From: Paramoeba atlantica
Taxonomy: Eukaryota; Protista; Discosea
Assembly (NCBI GenBank): GCA_977017575.1
Contig: CDRNVI010000056.1
Coordinates: forward strand, 310,001-374,000
DNA length: 64,000 nucleotides
Direction of reading: 5' to 3'
Positions 31,115-42,167 of the stretch are shown here, in pieces. The notes under the pieces were generated by a model that did no database searches, was not told the DNA's origin, and saw only the letters and a list, made by a program, of their open reading frames with translations. Each line of letters opens with the position of its first letter. The first letter of the stretch is position 1. The position numbers and the translations under genes were made by a program.

Positions 31115-31924
31115 ATGTCCTCCCTCCTCCGCTCCCTCCTCTCCCTTCTCACCCCTACCCCACCCCCAGGCGCCCCTACAGCCCCCCCCACCCCCCCTCC
31201 CCCCTCCCTGGACGAGCAGTGCAGCCTCATCGAGAAGCGACAGGCCGTGCTGGAGACCCAAATCGCCGCGGAGCACCAGAAGGCCAAGGAGGCGCTCGCG
31301 GCGGGGAACAAGACCACCGCCTCGGCCGCGCTGCACCGGCGGCAGATCTACGAGGCCCAGCTGCGGAAGCTGCAGGCCCAGGCGATGGGGCTGGAGCGGA
31401 TGAGGCTCGCGGTGGAGGAGACCCAGATGAACGCGGAGGTGTTCAAGGCCCAGCGCCTGGCGGCCGCGGATCTGGCCAAGCTGCAGGCGGAGATGGACCC
31501 GGGCGCCGTGGAGGAGGACGTGGAGCGCGTGCGGGAGTTAATGGAGAGGACCACGGAGGTGAGTGAGGCGTTGGGGGCGGCGGGGGTGGCGTTGGGGGAG
31601 GGGGGGGTGGATGAGGAGGGGGTGGAGAATGAGCTCGCGGCACTGGAGAAGGAGTTGTTGTTGGAGAAACTTGCGGGGGTGCGGGTGGGGGAGGCGTCGT
31701 TGTCGCCGCATGGGATGGTGGGGCTTGGGGAGGGGGGAAGCGAGGGGGTGGGGGAGTCGGTGGGAAGTGGGCTGCGTATGGGGTCCGGTGCGAGGGTAGA
31801 GAGCAGTCCCCGACGTGGGGTCACGCCGCACCGAGGTGTCGTAGGGGTAGAGACGCAGGCGCTGCGGCGGTATGAAGACACACAAGAGGAGTTGGAGGCT
31901 TTGGAACGGGAGTTAAATGCGTAG
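31115..31924 (+). CDS. SNF7: ESCRT-III Snf7/Vps32 (CHMP4-like)
   Basis: LIEKRQAVLETQI..AKEALAAGNK..A..ALHRRQIYEAQL; acidic DEE..ENELAALE; C-terminal EELEALERELNA. Confidence 0.88.
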   Translation: MSSLLRSLLSLLTPTPPPGAPTAPPTPPPPSLDEQCSLIEKRQAVLETQIAAEHQKAKEALAAGNKTTASAALHRRQIYEAQLRKLQAQAMGLERMRLAVEETQMNAEVFKAQRLAAADLAKLQAEMDPGAVEEDVERVRELMERTTEVSEALGAAGVALGEGGVDEEGVENELAALEKELLLEKLAGVRVGEASLSPHGMVGLGEGGSEGVGESVGSGLRMGSGARVESSPRRGVTPHRGVVGVETQALRRYEDTQEELEALERELNA

Positions 31925-32169
31925 GTTTCGCTAATCTTTGTCTTCTTTGGACGGAGGTACTGTTGTTCGTTCGAAAGTATTGCGTACAATGGTTGAAAAT
32001 TCGTGTCCTCATCTAGATTTTTAAATTTTTTTAGAACGAATCTGCGCTCGTAGTGGTCATTACAGAATTGACAAATAAATGTTGTAGACGTGATACAATC
32101 ACTCCTCCCCTTTTACAATTATTTCTCAACAAAAGCAAGAATATGTTCTTCCCAACTGGTTCGTTAAAA

Positions 32170-32950
32170 TGCTATGATGGTTTACAAAGTGGGACCACGA
32201 GAACCGTGAGCCCTGCCCTGAAAACCTTCACTGCATTTTAACAAACTAAGGGAGGAATGTTCACCATTTTTCCCTCGTAAACCGTTTTCTTGCACAAAAA
32301 TGTTTGGGTACGTCCCTCACATGCAACAAAAATGAGCAAAGCCGAATTTTTCTACACTTTTAAATCAAAGATCCGAATTTAAATCTATCTAATATCTTTT
32401 TTTGTTGTTTTTAATTTTGAACCATCCGAATTCACTACTAGGAACGGGTGTGCCAGTTTCCCTGACGGCCTCACAGTAAGGACTCAGACAGGCCTGCGGT
32501 CTGGAGGACCGACCCGGAACCTGGCACCAGCTCCCGTTCCCGACGTGGTCCTCAAACACGTCCGAGCCATCTTGGACAAGCGAAAACTGGTAGAGGCGTT
32601 AGGATCTCGCATCCCCAATCATCTGTGAGGGGCCTGGCTTGTCACCCTTGAAAGAGGGCGGCAACTTCCCAAAAAAAACTTTTCAGGAGGTACAACCTCC
32701 TGGGGGGGCCAGCGGCCAGCCCGGTGTTCTTCCTTCATGATCGTTTACAAAATGGGATCACGAGAACCGTGAGCCCCGCCCTGAAAACCTTCACTGCGTT
32801 TTAACGAACTAGGGAAAGAATGTCCACCATTTTTCCTTCGTAAATCGTTTTTTTTTTCACGAAAATGGTTGAGCCCATCCCTCACATGTAACAAAATGTG
32901 AGCAAAACCGAATATTTCGACACTTTTGAACCAGAGATCCGAATTTGGGC
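32170..32950 (+). repeat. Pair of diverged ~220-bp direct repeats (32170-32395, 32745-32950)
   Basis: Both begin TTACAAA.TGGGA.CACGAGAACCGTGAGCCC and end GATCCGAATTT. Confidence 0.75.
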
Positions 32951-35900
32951 TGTTTTGTAGGGTTTCGCTAGGTTTCTGAGAAGATTCACATCTCCCATGT
33001 AAGCACACGACTCTTCTCCATTTCCTTCTGATCCCCTCCTTTTCTTCTGATCCCTAAGTTACGCTTGAGGTTGATACCGCACCATGTATCTTTGGGACGC
33101 GCGTCTTCTTCATATTCGGTAGTTTGGCGCGGGGAAAGTTACCATAAATTGTACAAGCTACCATAAATTGTACAAGCTACCATAAATTGTACAAGTTACC
33201 ACAAATTGTACGCGAAAACTGGGTTTTCGAAAGTAACCATAAATTGTACAAGTTACCATAAATTGTACAATTTACAATAATTAAATAAATTGTACAGAAT
33301 TTACGCATGTCCAATGAGGAGGTTTTGTTCTGGGAATAAAAATATACAGAAAATCTTACTAAAATTACTGCACATATCACTAAAATTACTGTACATATCA
33401 GGAAACCAAAAAAAAAGAGAACGGGGAGAAGGTGTTATAGAGGGGTAAACTACTAAATACGGCTTCGCAAATTGCTCACGCGGGCCCTCGCCGTTTTCCG
33501 GCCGCGCGCACCCCCGCGCGGCCAAAAATGAGTACTAAAATTTGTTGTCAAGGTAGTTGGGCTTCATAACGGTAGGAGGGCTTTTGCCTCCACACGTGGG
33601 CTTCGCATAAAGATGGTCTTGCCTCCGGAAGAGTAAACTAGAGACATTTAAATGGAAAGTGCGTAATCCACCCATTTTCCTCTTTTTTAATGTTGATAGA
33701 GCTACATTTGTATGTCATGAGTGTTGTAGTTACTCGAACAAGGTCTTAGTTTTTTGGACTTATCCTGTGCAATTTATGGTTACTTTCTCACGGCTTGCAC
33801 CCCCCCCCCCTGAAAGTGCCGGAAAAAATCACCTTTCATAAGTTGCGCCACTTTTTTGTCAAGTTCTTATTTGACTCAAAGTGTCATATGCGGGTGAGAT
33901 TGGACCTCAAAGAGTCGGCCATGTCTCTAATTCGTTGACGGGTCAACCAAATGGCTGCCACTTCGTTGACAGTAAATCCGACTGTCAACGACGTGTTTGG
34001 TTGACCCGTCAACGAAGTAGAGACGTACCCAAAGTGGGTGGAAGTCAAGGACTTTTGCATAAGTCAAGGACTTTTGCGGAACACCCAAGAATTTTTTTTG
34101 ATTTTCATTTTCCGTGCGTTCAGTATCCTACACTTCACTACATACGTTGACAACGCCTGCGTAGCGAAAACTACGAAATTCAGTGAGCTTCGCAAATTGC
34201 TTCCCACTAACGACGCACAGGGGAATCCTACGCGGGAAACGGCTCAGGCCCGCTCACGCGGGCCCTCGCCGTTTCGCGGCCGCGCGCACCCCCGCTCACG
34301 CGGGGGCCCCCGCGCGGCCAAAATGGGTACTAAAATTTGTTATCAAGGTAGTTGGGCTTCGCAAATTGCTTCCCATGAATCTAGAGAGAAGCACACGTAC
34401 AATAATTGCACGATTTTTGCTTCCGTTTGTAAGTCAAGGACTTTTTCACAAGTCAAGGACTTTTGCATAAGTCAAGGACTTTTGTGACACCCAAGATTTT
34501 TTTTAGATTTTCATTTTCCATGCGCCAAGCAAGCCCGGTCCGTGAGCTAGCTTATGAGTATATATAATAGTAGCGTAGCTCGCAAAGTAGTTTTTGGCAA
34601 TATACTTTTTGAAGAATCTGCATGCCTGCATGAGGGGTGACCCTCGTAAAATGGGCGAAAACGGCGAAAAACGACCATTTTTCACGAAATTGTCCAAAAA
34701 TGGTCATTTTTTGCGGTTTTCAAGGGGTTACCCCTTATATGAAAACCGCTCATTCAAAGTTTTGTGAGTACACACGAACAGCTTAAGACCTAAAGAAGGC
34801 CCTATGTGATTCCTTTTCAACATCACGCACAGTACAGAAATATCGTAAGGTCAACATCGCCGAAAAAAGTATTTTTTTGGCAAAATGTCATGCACATTGT
34901 TGCCTCCAAATATTCTCCCCAGGACCCAAACCAGGGAGTAATTCGGTAGTATAATGACAGATCTGTATGATGGTGCTATACATGAGTCGCAATCGGTCAA
35001 AGTATAGGAATATTGCATAAGTATAGGAATATTGCATAGGTATAGGAATATTGCATAACTCTATTTTTGACCCCCCACCCCTTAATATGAGTTTCTTGAT
35101 TTCGGTAGACAATTATAACCGTTGTATAGATCTGCGATTACACTGTCGGGAAACCACCTATTTTTTGTAATTTGAAACAAATTTTTACAAAGTCAAGGGT
35201 GGTACATTTCTCGAAAATATACGATTTTTTTTATTTGTTACGTGCCTCATAGACTTGTATCCCCGGGAAAATGGAATACCGAACATATGGACGCTATAAC
35301 GTACCCTAATATGTCACTTTGAACTACTTTTAGTTCAAATGAAGACTTCACATATAAGGGGTGACCCTTCTAAAATGCCCCAAAATGGCCACTTTTCGTG
35401 GATTTTGCTTAAAAAAGCCCATTTTCACCTGTTTTTGGCTACTTTGGCGGGGTCACCCCCTATATACAACTTTTCCATTTTTAGAAAATGTGATGTACGT
35501 ATATACTTTGGAGTCTCATCTACAAGTAAAAGGATTTGTAAGATCCAATACAGGTGGGATCTTGCCAGGAGAAATTTTTCAAAAGTTAAAAAAAAGTTAG
35601 AGGGGCTCTGCAATATTCCTATACTTATGCAATATTCCTATACTTATGCAATATTCCTATACTTATGCAATATTCCTATACTTATGCAATATTCCTATAC
35701 TTATGCAATATTCCTATACTTATGCAATATTCCTATACTTATGCAATATTCCTATACTTATGCAATATTCCGATACTTCGGAACAGCACATTCACATGCA
35801 TAAAGTTTTAGGCACGGATTTCAACTTTTGCCAAAAGTTGGTGCGGGGTGCTATGGGAACTCACCTTTACTCCCGGTGAGGCCCCGGAGTTGCGAGAGGC

Positions 35901-36679
35901 CTCCATACCCCACAACTACCACCTTCCCCCCTATTTAGCGGGGGAAATTTTGGGGGAAATGAGAGGCCGAACGCACGGAGGGGCCGGCCGGGCCACTGAG
36001 TCACGTGAAAGTGTGACACTCAAAAACTAAACCTAGATCTTGTTTACCCATCTGCACAACAGAACCGTAAATAGCACGTAAAGATGGTTGGCCGAGGTAC
36101 CGAATAAATTAACCTTTGCTCCCGGTGAGGCCCCGGAGTTGCGAGAGGCCTCCATACCCCACAACTACCACCTTCCCCCCCTATTTAGCGGGGGTCGCGC
36201 GAGCGACCCCTGATAAATGGGGGGAAGGTGGTAGTTGTTTTGGGGGAAATGAGAGGCCGAACGCACGGAGGGGCCGGCCGGGCCACTGAGTCACGTGAAA
36301 GTGTGACACCCAAAAACTAAACTTAGATCTTGTTTGCACAACAGAACCGTAAATGTCACGCAAAGATGGTTGGCCGGGGATTGTGGTTTGGCCGCAGGAT
36401 TGTGTATTTATTTTCCTATGCATTTTCACGTTCTTTACCTTTTTGGGGGCAAATTGTGAACGTCGACCAGAAAAGGGGCATTCTAACCACTGTCAACATG
36501 GGTAACCAACTTGAAGGTATACAGGATATGAAATGAAATAACCTATACTTTCTGCGGGAAGAAATTTCCTTCTGCGTGAAGAAATAACGACGGTACACAT
36601 GGACACAAAAAAAAACGAGCCTTACTCCGAGTCACTACTTTCGTCTTCTTCGTCGCGGTAGAAACTAACACCGGCTTGG

Positions 36680-36743
36680 GGGTACGTTCGTTGAGCTCTC
36701 AACGAAAATCCGGATTTTCGTTGAGTACTCAACGAACGTACCC
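36680..36743. repeat. 64-bp palindrome of palindromes
   Basis: GGGTACGTTCGTTGAG..CTCAACGAAAATCC|GGATTTTCGTTGAG..CTCAACGAACGTACCC; related copies at ~38085-38115 and ~41598-41655. Confidence 0.85.
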
Positions 36744-37204
36744 TGTGACCGTAAAAAATCTGCAGGACCTTAGAGGGAGGAGGAAGAAAGATAGATAGAT
36801 AGAAATTCAGACCGTTTGTCTCCGTAAAGATGTGGTCTCCTACTTCCAGCGTAGGTCGCTGTGCGGGGGTTGATGATCTATGCATCACTGCCAACACGAG
36901 AGAGCAGAGCTCTCGACCATACAGGCAGCCTCCCGACTTAAAGGGACGTAGAGTACACTGAAGTACCCGTTGACCGGCGATCACTAAGTTGTTACCAACT
37001 TTGGTTAGTGAGGACCAGTCCCCCGCGCGCCTTAGTAGAAAGGAGGAAGAAAGGCCCAACTGTGAGCGAAGCCCACGCCTGCAAGCAAGGCCCAACTGTG
37101 AGCGAAGCCCACTACTGGTGGCAAAAGCCCCCGTTTGCGAGCAAGGCCCAACTGTGAGCGTAGCCCTGGGACATAATTATATTTTTTGGCGACCCGCGCG
37201 CTCC

Positions 37205-37405
37205 ATGCGGAGGTGGTGGAAATTGGCACGGCGGGCGGAGGAGGAGTTGGCATCACGGTCTTCTTTTTCCGGCGGGCAGGAGGGAGCGGCAAAATCTCAG
37301 GAGCTACTCCTGATTCTTTTGCTTTGGAGCGTGTGAACACTCCCATGAAAGGTAAAAAAAGTAAATAATCAACAAGGTACAGAAACTATATCTTTATCGT
37401 TAAAG
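37205..37405 (-). other. Retroposed SL-capped mRNA 5' fragment
   Basis: CTTTAACGATAAAGATATAGTTTCTGTACCTTGTTG (37405-37370), then a 5' UTR and ATG GGA GTG TTC (MGVFTRSKAKE...). Confidence 0.8.
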
Positions 37406-38100
37406 ATTATTGTACGTGTGCTTCTCTCTAGATTCGTGGGAAGCAATTTGCGAAGCCCAACTACCTTGATAACAAATTTTAGTACCCATTTTGGCCGCGC
37501 GGGGGCCCCCGCGTGAGCGGGGGTGCGCGCGGCCGCGAAACGGCGAGGGCCCGCGTGAGCGGGCCTGAGCCGTTCCCCGCGTAGGATTCCCCTGTGCGTC
37601 GTTAGTGGGAAGCAATTTGCGAAGCTCACTGAATTTCGTAGTTTTCGCTACGCAGGCGTTGTCGCTACGCAGGTCCGTTGAAGCTGAGGTGCTAAAACCG
37701 TTGAAGCTGAGGTGCTAAAACCGTTGAAGCTGAGAGTCGACACTCCCAAACTATGCCAGCAAGAAGGCAAGGGGTCAAGGAGCACTGCTTTTGGCAGTGT
37801 CGGGGATTGCAAGCGCACTGTGGACCTGTGTTTACCACTTCCGCAGGATTGTCCAGAGGCAAGGCCCAACTGTGAGCGTAGCCCTGGGACATAATTATAT
37901 TCTGCAGGTATCATAGGGGGGGGTAGGTTTCAAAGGGGGGTACAAAATCTCTTCGAAGAAGTCTTCCCGCCAAGCTTCTTCACATGACGAAGATACCGTT
38001 TCTGTAAAAATGTGAAACTAATCGGTGCGTACACTTTACGTACGCACACTTGACGTACGTCAACGGGATTTTGGACGGTAGATTTCCGTTCGTTGAGTAC

Positions 38101-39126
38101 TCAACGAACGTACCCCCAACCCCTAACACCTTTGCAGAATGTACGAATATCTTGGAAGATGCGACGTACACGGGAACCTCCGTTGACAGAGAGTGTCGCG
38201 TTAGCAATTTCTGCGAAAAACTTCATTCGGTGAGCGCGAGATATTTCATCGTTGCCAAGACGGCCCCCACGAGCTTTGAGTTCCTTTTTGAGGAGGCCAT
38301 TGGCATGTTCCACGGTATTAGTGTGGATGCCGGAGACTGTTACCCAATGTTTTCGATGGTTTACGGCCCCATGGCGCCATTCCCGATTTAGACACTTGCT
38401 GGCACCAGCGCAGTCCGTATATATTTGGCAACGGGAGTTCTTGACAAGATGGCGCACATGAACGGTCATAGTGGCAGCATCTGTGCTTTCCAGGTACTTT
38501 ACAAATATCTCTTTCATGGGACCTTCTTCATCTGGGATCTCATCGCAGTGTACCAAAGTATGGTACCAAGAGGAACCATCGCGTCGGACTCTTTTCCCTC
38601 GACCGCACCCCATTCGCTTGATCCGGGAAACGCACGTTTCGTCCTTTTGCATGAAAAGAACTGTGCCCTGTGAAGCGTCGAAGCGCATGTCGTGCGCAGT
38701 GCTAATAATGTATTCGAAGAACTGAAACAATTTGACAATTGTAAGCTTGCCAAGAGTACATTCGCGGGAAACTTGTTGAAGGGACATACCCTCGATGAGA
38801 CCGTACAACACGATGAGTGTGTCCTTAATACTCCGTTTGCTTTTTAAATTAAATAAGGGTTCCATCGCACTGTAACGTGCTCTACACTCTGTAGTTTCCA
38901 CGTAAGGACAATACCAATGGGAACCATCATGTACACACATGATTTCCTTGGTGTCATGATACTTGACTTTGTGGCACCACACCTGCTGGGCAACAAGTTT
39001 GTGATTCTTGAGCCAACGTGATAAAAGTTCTTCAGTACTGTCCGCAAAACTGGAGAAAGAGATGTTCTTTATACATTCGAACTCCTCACACCCCTCGCAA
39101 AACCAATTCACGGGATTTTGTGACAT
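38101..39126 (-). CDS. Merlin (IS1595/ISXO2-like) DDE transposase
   Basis: QKDET, GRG, IYTDC, HGAVNHR, GIHTNTVE; N-terminal Cys motifs. Confidence 0.88.
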   Translation of the reverse strand: MSQNPVNWFCEGCEEFECIKNISFSSFADSTEELLSRWLKNHKLVAQQVWCHKVKYHDTKEIMCVHDGSHWYCPYVETTECRARYSAMEPLFNLKSKRSIKDTLIVLYGLIEGMSLQQVSRECTLGKLTIVKLFQFFEYIISTAHDMRFDASQGTVLFMQKDETCVSRIKRMGCGRGKRVRRDGSSWYHTLVHCDEIPDEEGPMKEIFVKYLESTDAATMTVHVRHLVKNSRCQIYTDCAGASKCLNREWRHGAVNHRKHWVTVSGIHTNTVEHANGLLKKELKARGGRLGNDEISRAHRMKFFAEIANATLSVNGGSRVRRIFQDIRTFCKGVRGWGYVR

Positions 39127-40226
39127 GATTAGACGGCTATGCAATATTCCTATACTTATGCAATATTCCTATATTTATGCAATATTCCTATACTTATGCA
39201 ATATTCCTACATTTATGCAATATTCCTATATTTATGCAATATTCCTATACTTCCACCGTCGCAATCGACCAACTCATATAAAGGGGGTCCCTGCTAAAAA
39301 TTGACTTCTGCAAAAGTCCTTGACTTACGCAAAAGTCCTTGACTTACGCAAAAGTCCTTGACTTTGACCCCCAAAGTGTCTTCCTGGACCTTTTTTTAAC
39401 AAGGGAAGATTTTGTGTATAAGGGGTACCCCCTCAAAACGGCACTTTTCGGCCTAAAATGGCCGATTTTGGGCAAAAAGCACCATTTTTACCCGCTTTTG
39501 GTCATTTTGAAGGGGTCACCCCTGATACTGAAATGTCGTTCTTTGAAAGAAAAAGCATGGGGAAGGTACATAGAGGTCTTCTTTATGCGTAATTGAGTCT
39601 GGTTTGGATTATACGTCACGGATCTAGGTGTGGTCTGCTTTTTTCGAAGCGTTTTCGCAAAAAAATGCATTTTTTGAGACCGCCAAAAGTGCTTATAATA
39701 GAATCGTAGATGTGGGGAAAATCAAGCAAAGAATAGTTCAGACAGTGAATTTTGATTGTCCAGCACCGAAACTACGTTTTTCATTAAAGTCACATAAAGG
39801 GTCCAAATCCGAATTTTTGTCTATGCAATTTATGGTAACTTGTACAACGATGGGTAACTTTGCCCGTTTGGCGCAGTGTACTTGGTAGGCATAAAGTGAT
39901 CTCTTTACGACTTCATGCCGCTCAGGCTGAACGTAGCTGGTCCGGAAAGGTTTCACCGAGGTTTCGCGAGGCCCCCAAACGAAAAAAGGCGAATCACATC
40001 GGATTTCTCCGGTTGGGTTCTCCGCATTTGGTGTTTCGAGATCGATTAGGAACGCAACTCGGCCAAATCTTGGCGATGGGAAGCAGTACAATAGTTGGCT
40101 ACAGTTAGCTGGTTACAGTAGTTGGTATTTTAGAGAATTTTTTAGAGTTGGCATTTTTTAGAGTCGTGCGTGGAGTTATCGGAAATCCGGAACCCCGTCG
40201 CCCGGTCTCTGCATTTTTTCGGAAAA

Positions 40227-40299
40227 TGCGAACTGTGAGGATCGAACTCACGACCTTGGGATTATGAGACCCACGCGCTGCCGACTGCGCCAAATTCGC
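40227..40299 (-). tRNA. tRNA-Met(CAT), elongator type
   Basis: G1-C72; anticodon loop CT-CAT-AA; GTTCGAT T-loop. Confidence 0.92.
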
Positions 40300-40374
40300 C
40301 CCTCTCGTTCGACGCATAAGCTCTAGATTCATTCTTGTTTTCATGTCACAAGGCGTGACTTCGCCGGTGTTGAT

Positions 40375-40447
40375 GCCCCAGTGGCCTAATGGTTAAGGCG
40401 TCGGATTTCTAATCCGGAGATTGCGGGTTCGAGTCCCGTCTGGGGTA
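40375..40447 (+). tRNA. tRNA-Arg(TCT)
   Basis: Acceptor stem GCCCCAG/CTGGGGT; anticodon loop TT-TCT-AA. Confidence 0.94.
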
Positions 40448-40460
40448 TTTTCATCGAAAA

Positions 40461-40542
40461 TGCTGGAGGTGGGATTCGAACCCACGAAGCAATCGCAGTG
40501 GATCTTAAGTCCACCCCCTTTGACCAACTCGGGTACCCCAGC
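40461..40542 (-). tRNA. tRNA-Leu(TAA)
   Basis: Anticodon loop CT-TAA-GA; long variable arm. Confidence 0.94.
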
Positions 40543-40599
40543 GTGCGATGCCTTCGTTTGAGACTCTGGGTAACCGAGTAGGCCAGCACGGACTAAAAA

Positions 40600-40681
40600 C
40601 GCAGACGGCAGGGTTCGAACCTACGCATGCAGAGCACAACTCCTTAGCAGGGAGTCCCGTTAACCACTTCGGTACGTCTGC
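40600..40681 (-). tRNA. tRNA-Ser(GCT)
   Basis: Anticodon loop CT-GCT-AA; long variable arm; discriminator G. Confidence 0.93.
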
Positions 40682-42167
40682 TTGGCAATGTTCCTGGTAG
40701 ATTCTAACTGGCCGTGATACCGCTAATTTTTTGTCCAGTCGCGCATCGTTCCGTCACGGACGCCTTTCATGACGTCCTTGTGCTTGGGATTAAGTGGGCG
40801 CCGTGACCTCTGGTAGCTCCTGCATTTTGCTTACCCTCGCAATCAACTAAATATTTGGAACCGTCCCGACGGCATTACTGTTTTTCTGCACTATAATCCA
40901 CTGAATTCCCTGAGTTTCAAAGGGTACAATACGCGTAATCAGGTTACATTATGCATTATAAGGGTGCGAGTATTATGCGTTACAAGGGTGCGTGTGCCGC
41001 GGTCTGTTACAGTACACCCCTCCGTCTGCGTAAAGAGGCAGTTTTGGCCTAAAACTCGAGTAAATACTCGAGGTATTTTCACCCAAAAAAGTTAGATGTT
41101 CAAGCATGGGTCATTTTGGGAGGTCAAAGTAAAGGAATATTGCATAAGTATAGGAGTATTGCATAAGTGTAGGAATATTGCATAAATTTTGTCCCCCGAC
41201 CCCTTTATATGAGATCTCTGATTCTGAAAAATACATAGAAGCCATGTGGAGATCTACACTTATACTACCTAAGAACCCTGTCTTTTTCAAGTTTATGAAC
41301 AAAGTTTGGCCAGACTAGAGACGAGACGTTTGTTCCAAAAAAGTTTCGTTTCGACGACCTCATTTCGTGCTTCAATACGAAGCAACAGATGTAGCAGATT
41401 CCCACTGAAAAGAAATCTCCGTGCACGAAGTTGACTCCAAGATAGCAAGCGCATAGGTAGGCATTTCTCGTTCAGGGAGATACGGTTTCTTTTCAGTGCG
41501 AACCTGCCACATCTGTTGCTTCTCCCTCTGTCTCCCTCGCCCCTTTATGCCTGGATTCGGGCAAAGTTACCCTTCCTTGTATGATTTTTCGGCTTGGGTG
41601 TACGTTCGCTGATTTCTCAACGAAAATCCGGATTTTCGTTGAATACTCAACGATCGGATATTTTCGAGAGAGAAAATGAAAAAAATTTCAACTTGGCGAC
41701 CAAAATGTTAAAAAAAGTATTTTTTTAAAATCGTTTCCCCTATTGCACGTTGAGAGCTTGGGACCTACACTGGCTTTCTAGACCGTTGTTTTCACAAGAT
41801 ACTCCCCCTGTCGTTAATAATCATAATCTTAAAAAAATTATCATTCTATGTGGTGAAAACTCTTAAAAAATTATCAACTTATTTTCATGCACGCCGGACT
41901 TTCTTACAAAAATTCTTGTGTCCTAAAAACAACGTTTTTTGAACTAAAAAATTATCAACTTATCTCCATGTTTTAGACCGTATTTTCGTATTTATTTTTC
42001 CGTTACTTCTCGATAATCGAAAAAGAAGTGCCCATTAGATGAATCGGGCTTCATTAAAAAATTTACAAGCTTTGGTGGACGACCATTTCAACGATAAAGA
42101 TACAGTTTCTGTACCTTGTTGAATTATTTTCTATATTTCATCCTTTTTCAGGTACGCGGTTCGTTCT

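Larger units (their letters stand above)
34995..39257 (-). mobile_element. Merlin-family element B (nested in C), carries transposase
   Basis: Ends GGTCAAAGTATAGG / CCTATACTTCCACC; 9-bp TSD GTCGCAATC (34986-34994, 39258-39266); 19-bp AAGTATAGGAATATTGCAT arrays. Confidence 0.88.
34037..39369. mobile_element. Merlin-family element C (nested in E)
   Basis: Ends GGTGGAAGTCAAGG / CCTTGACTTTGACC; 9-bp TSD CCCAAAGTG (34028-34036, 39370-39378); 19-bp AAGTCAAGGACTTTTGCAT repeats. Confidence 0.85.
33131..39865. mobile_element. Merlin-family element E (outermost)
   Basis: Ends GGGGAAAGTTACC / GGTAACTTTGCCC; 9-bp TSD GTTTGGCGC (33122-33130, 39866-39874); 19-bp AAGTTACCATAAATTGTAC repeats. Confidence 0.8.

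Noticed and set aside
42090-42121. SL matches as functional SL RNA genes
   Set aside because: None of the four is followed by a GT donor or a shared SL intron; each is joined to a different downstream sequence.
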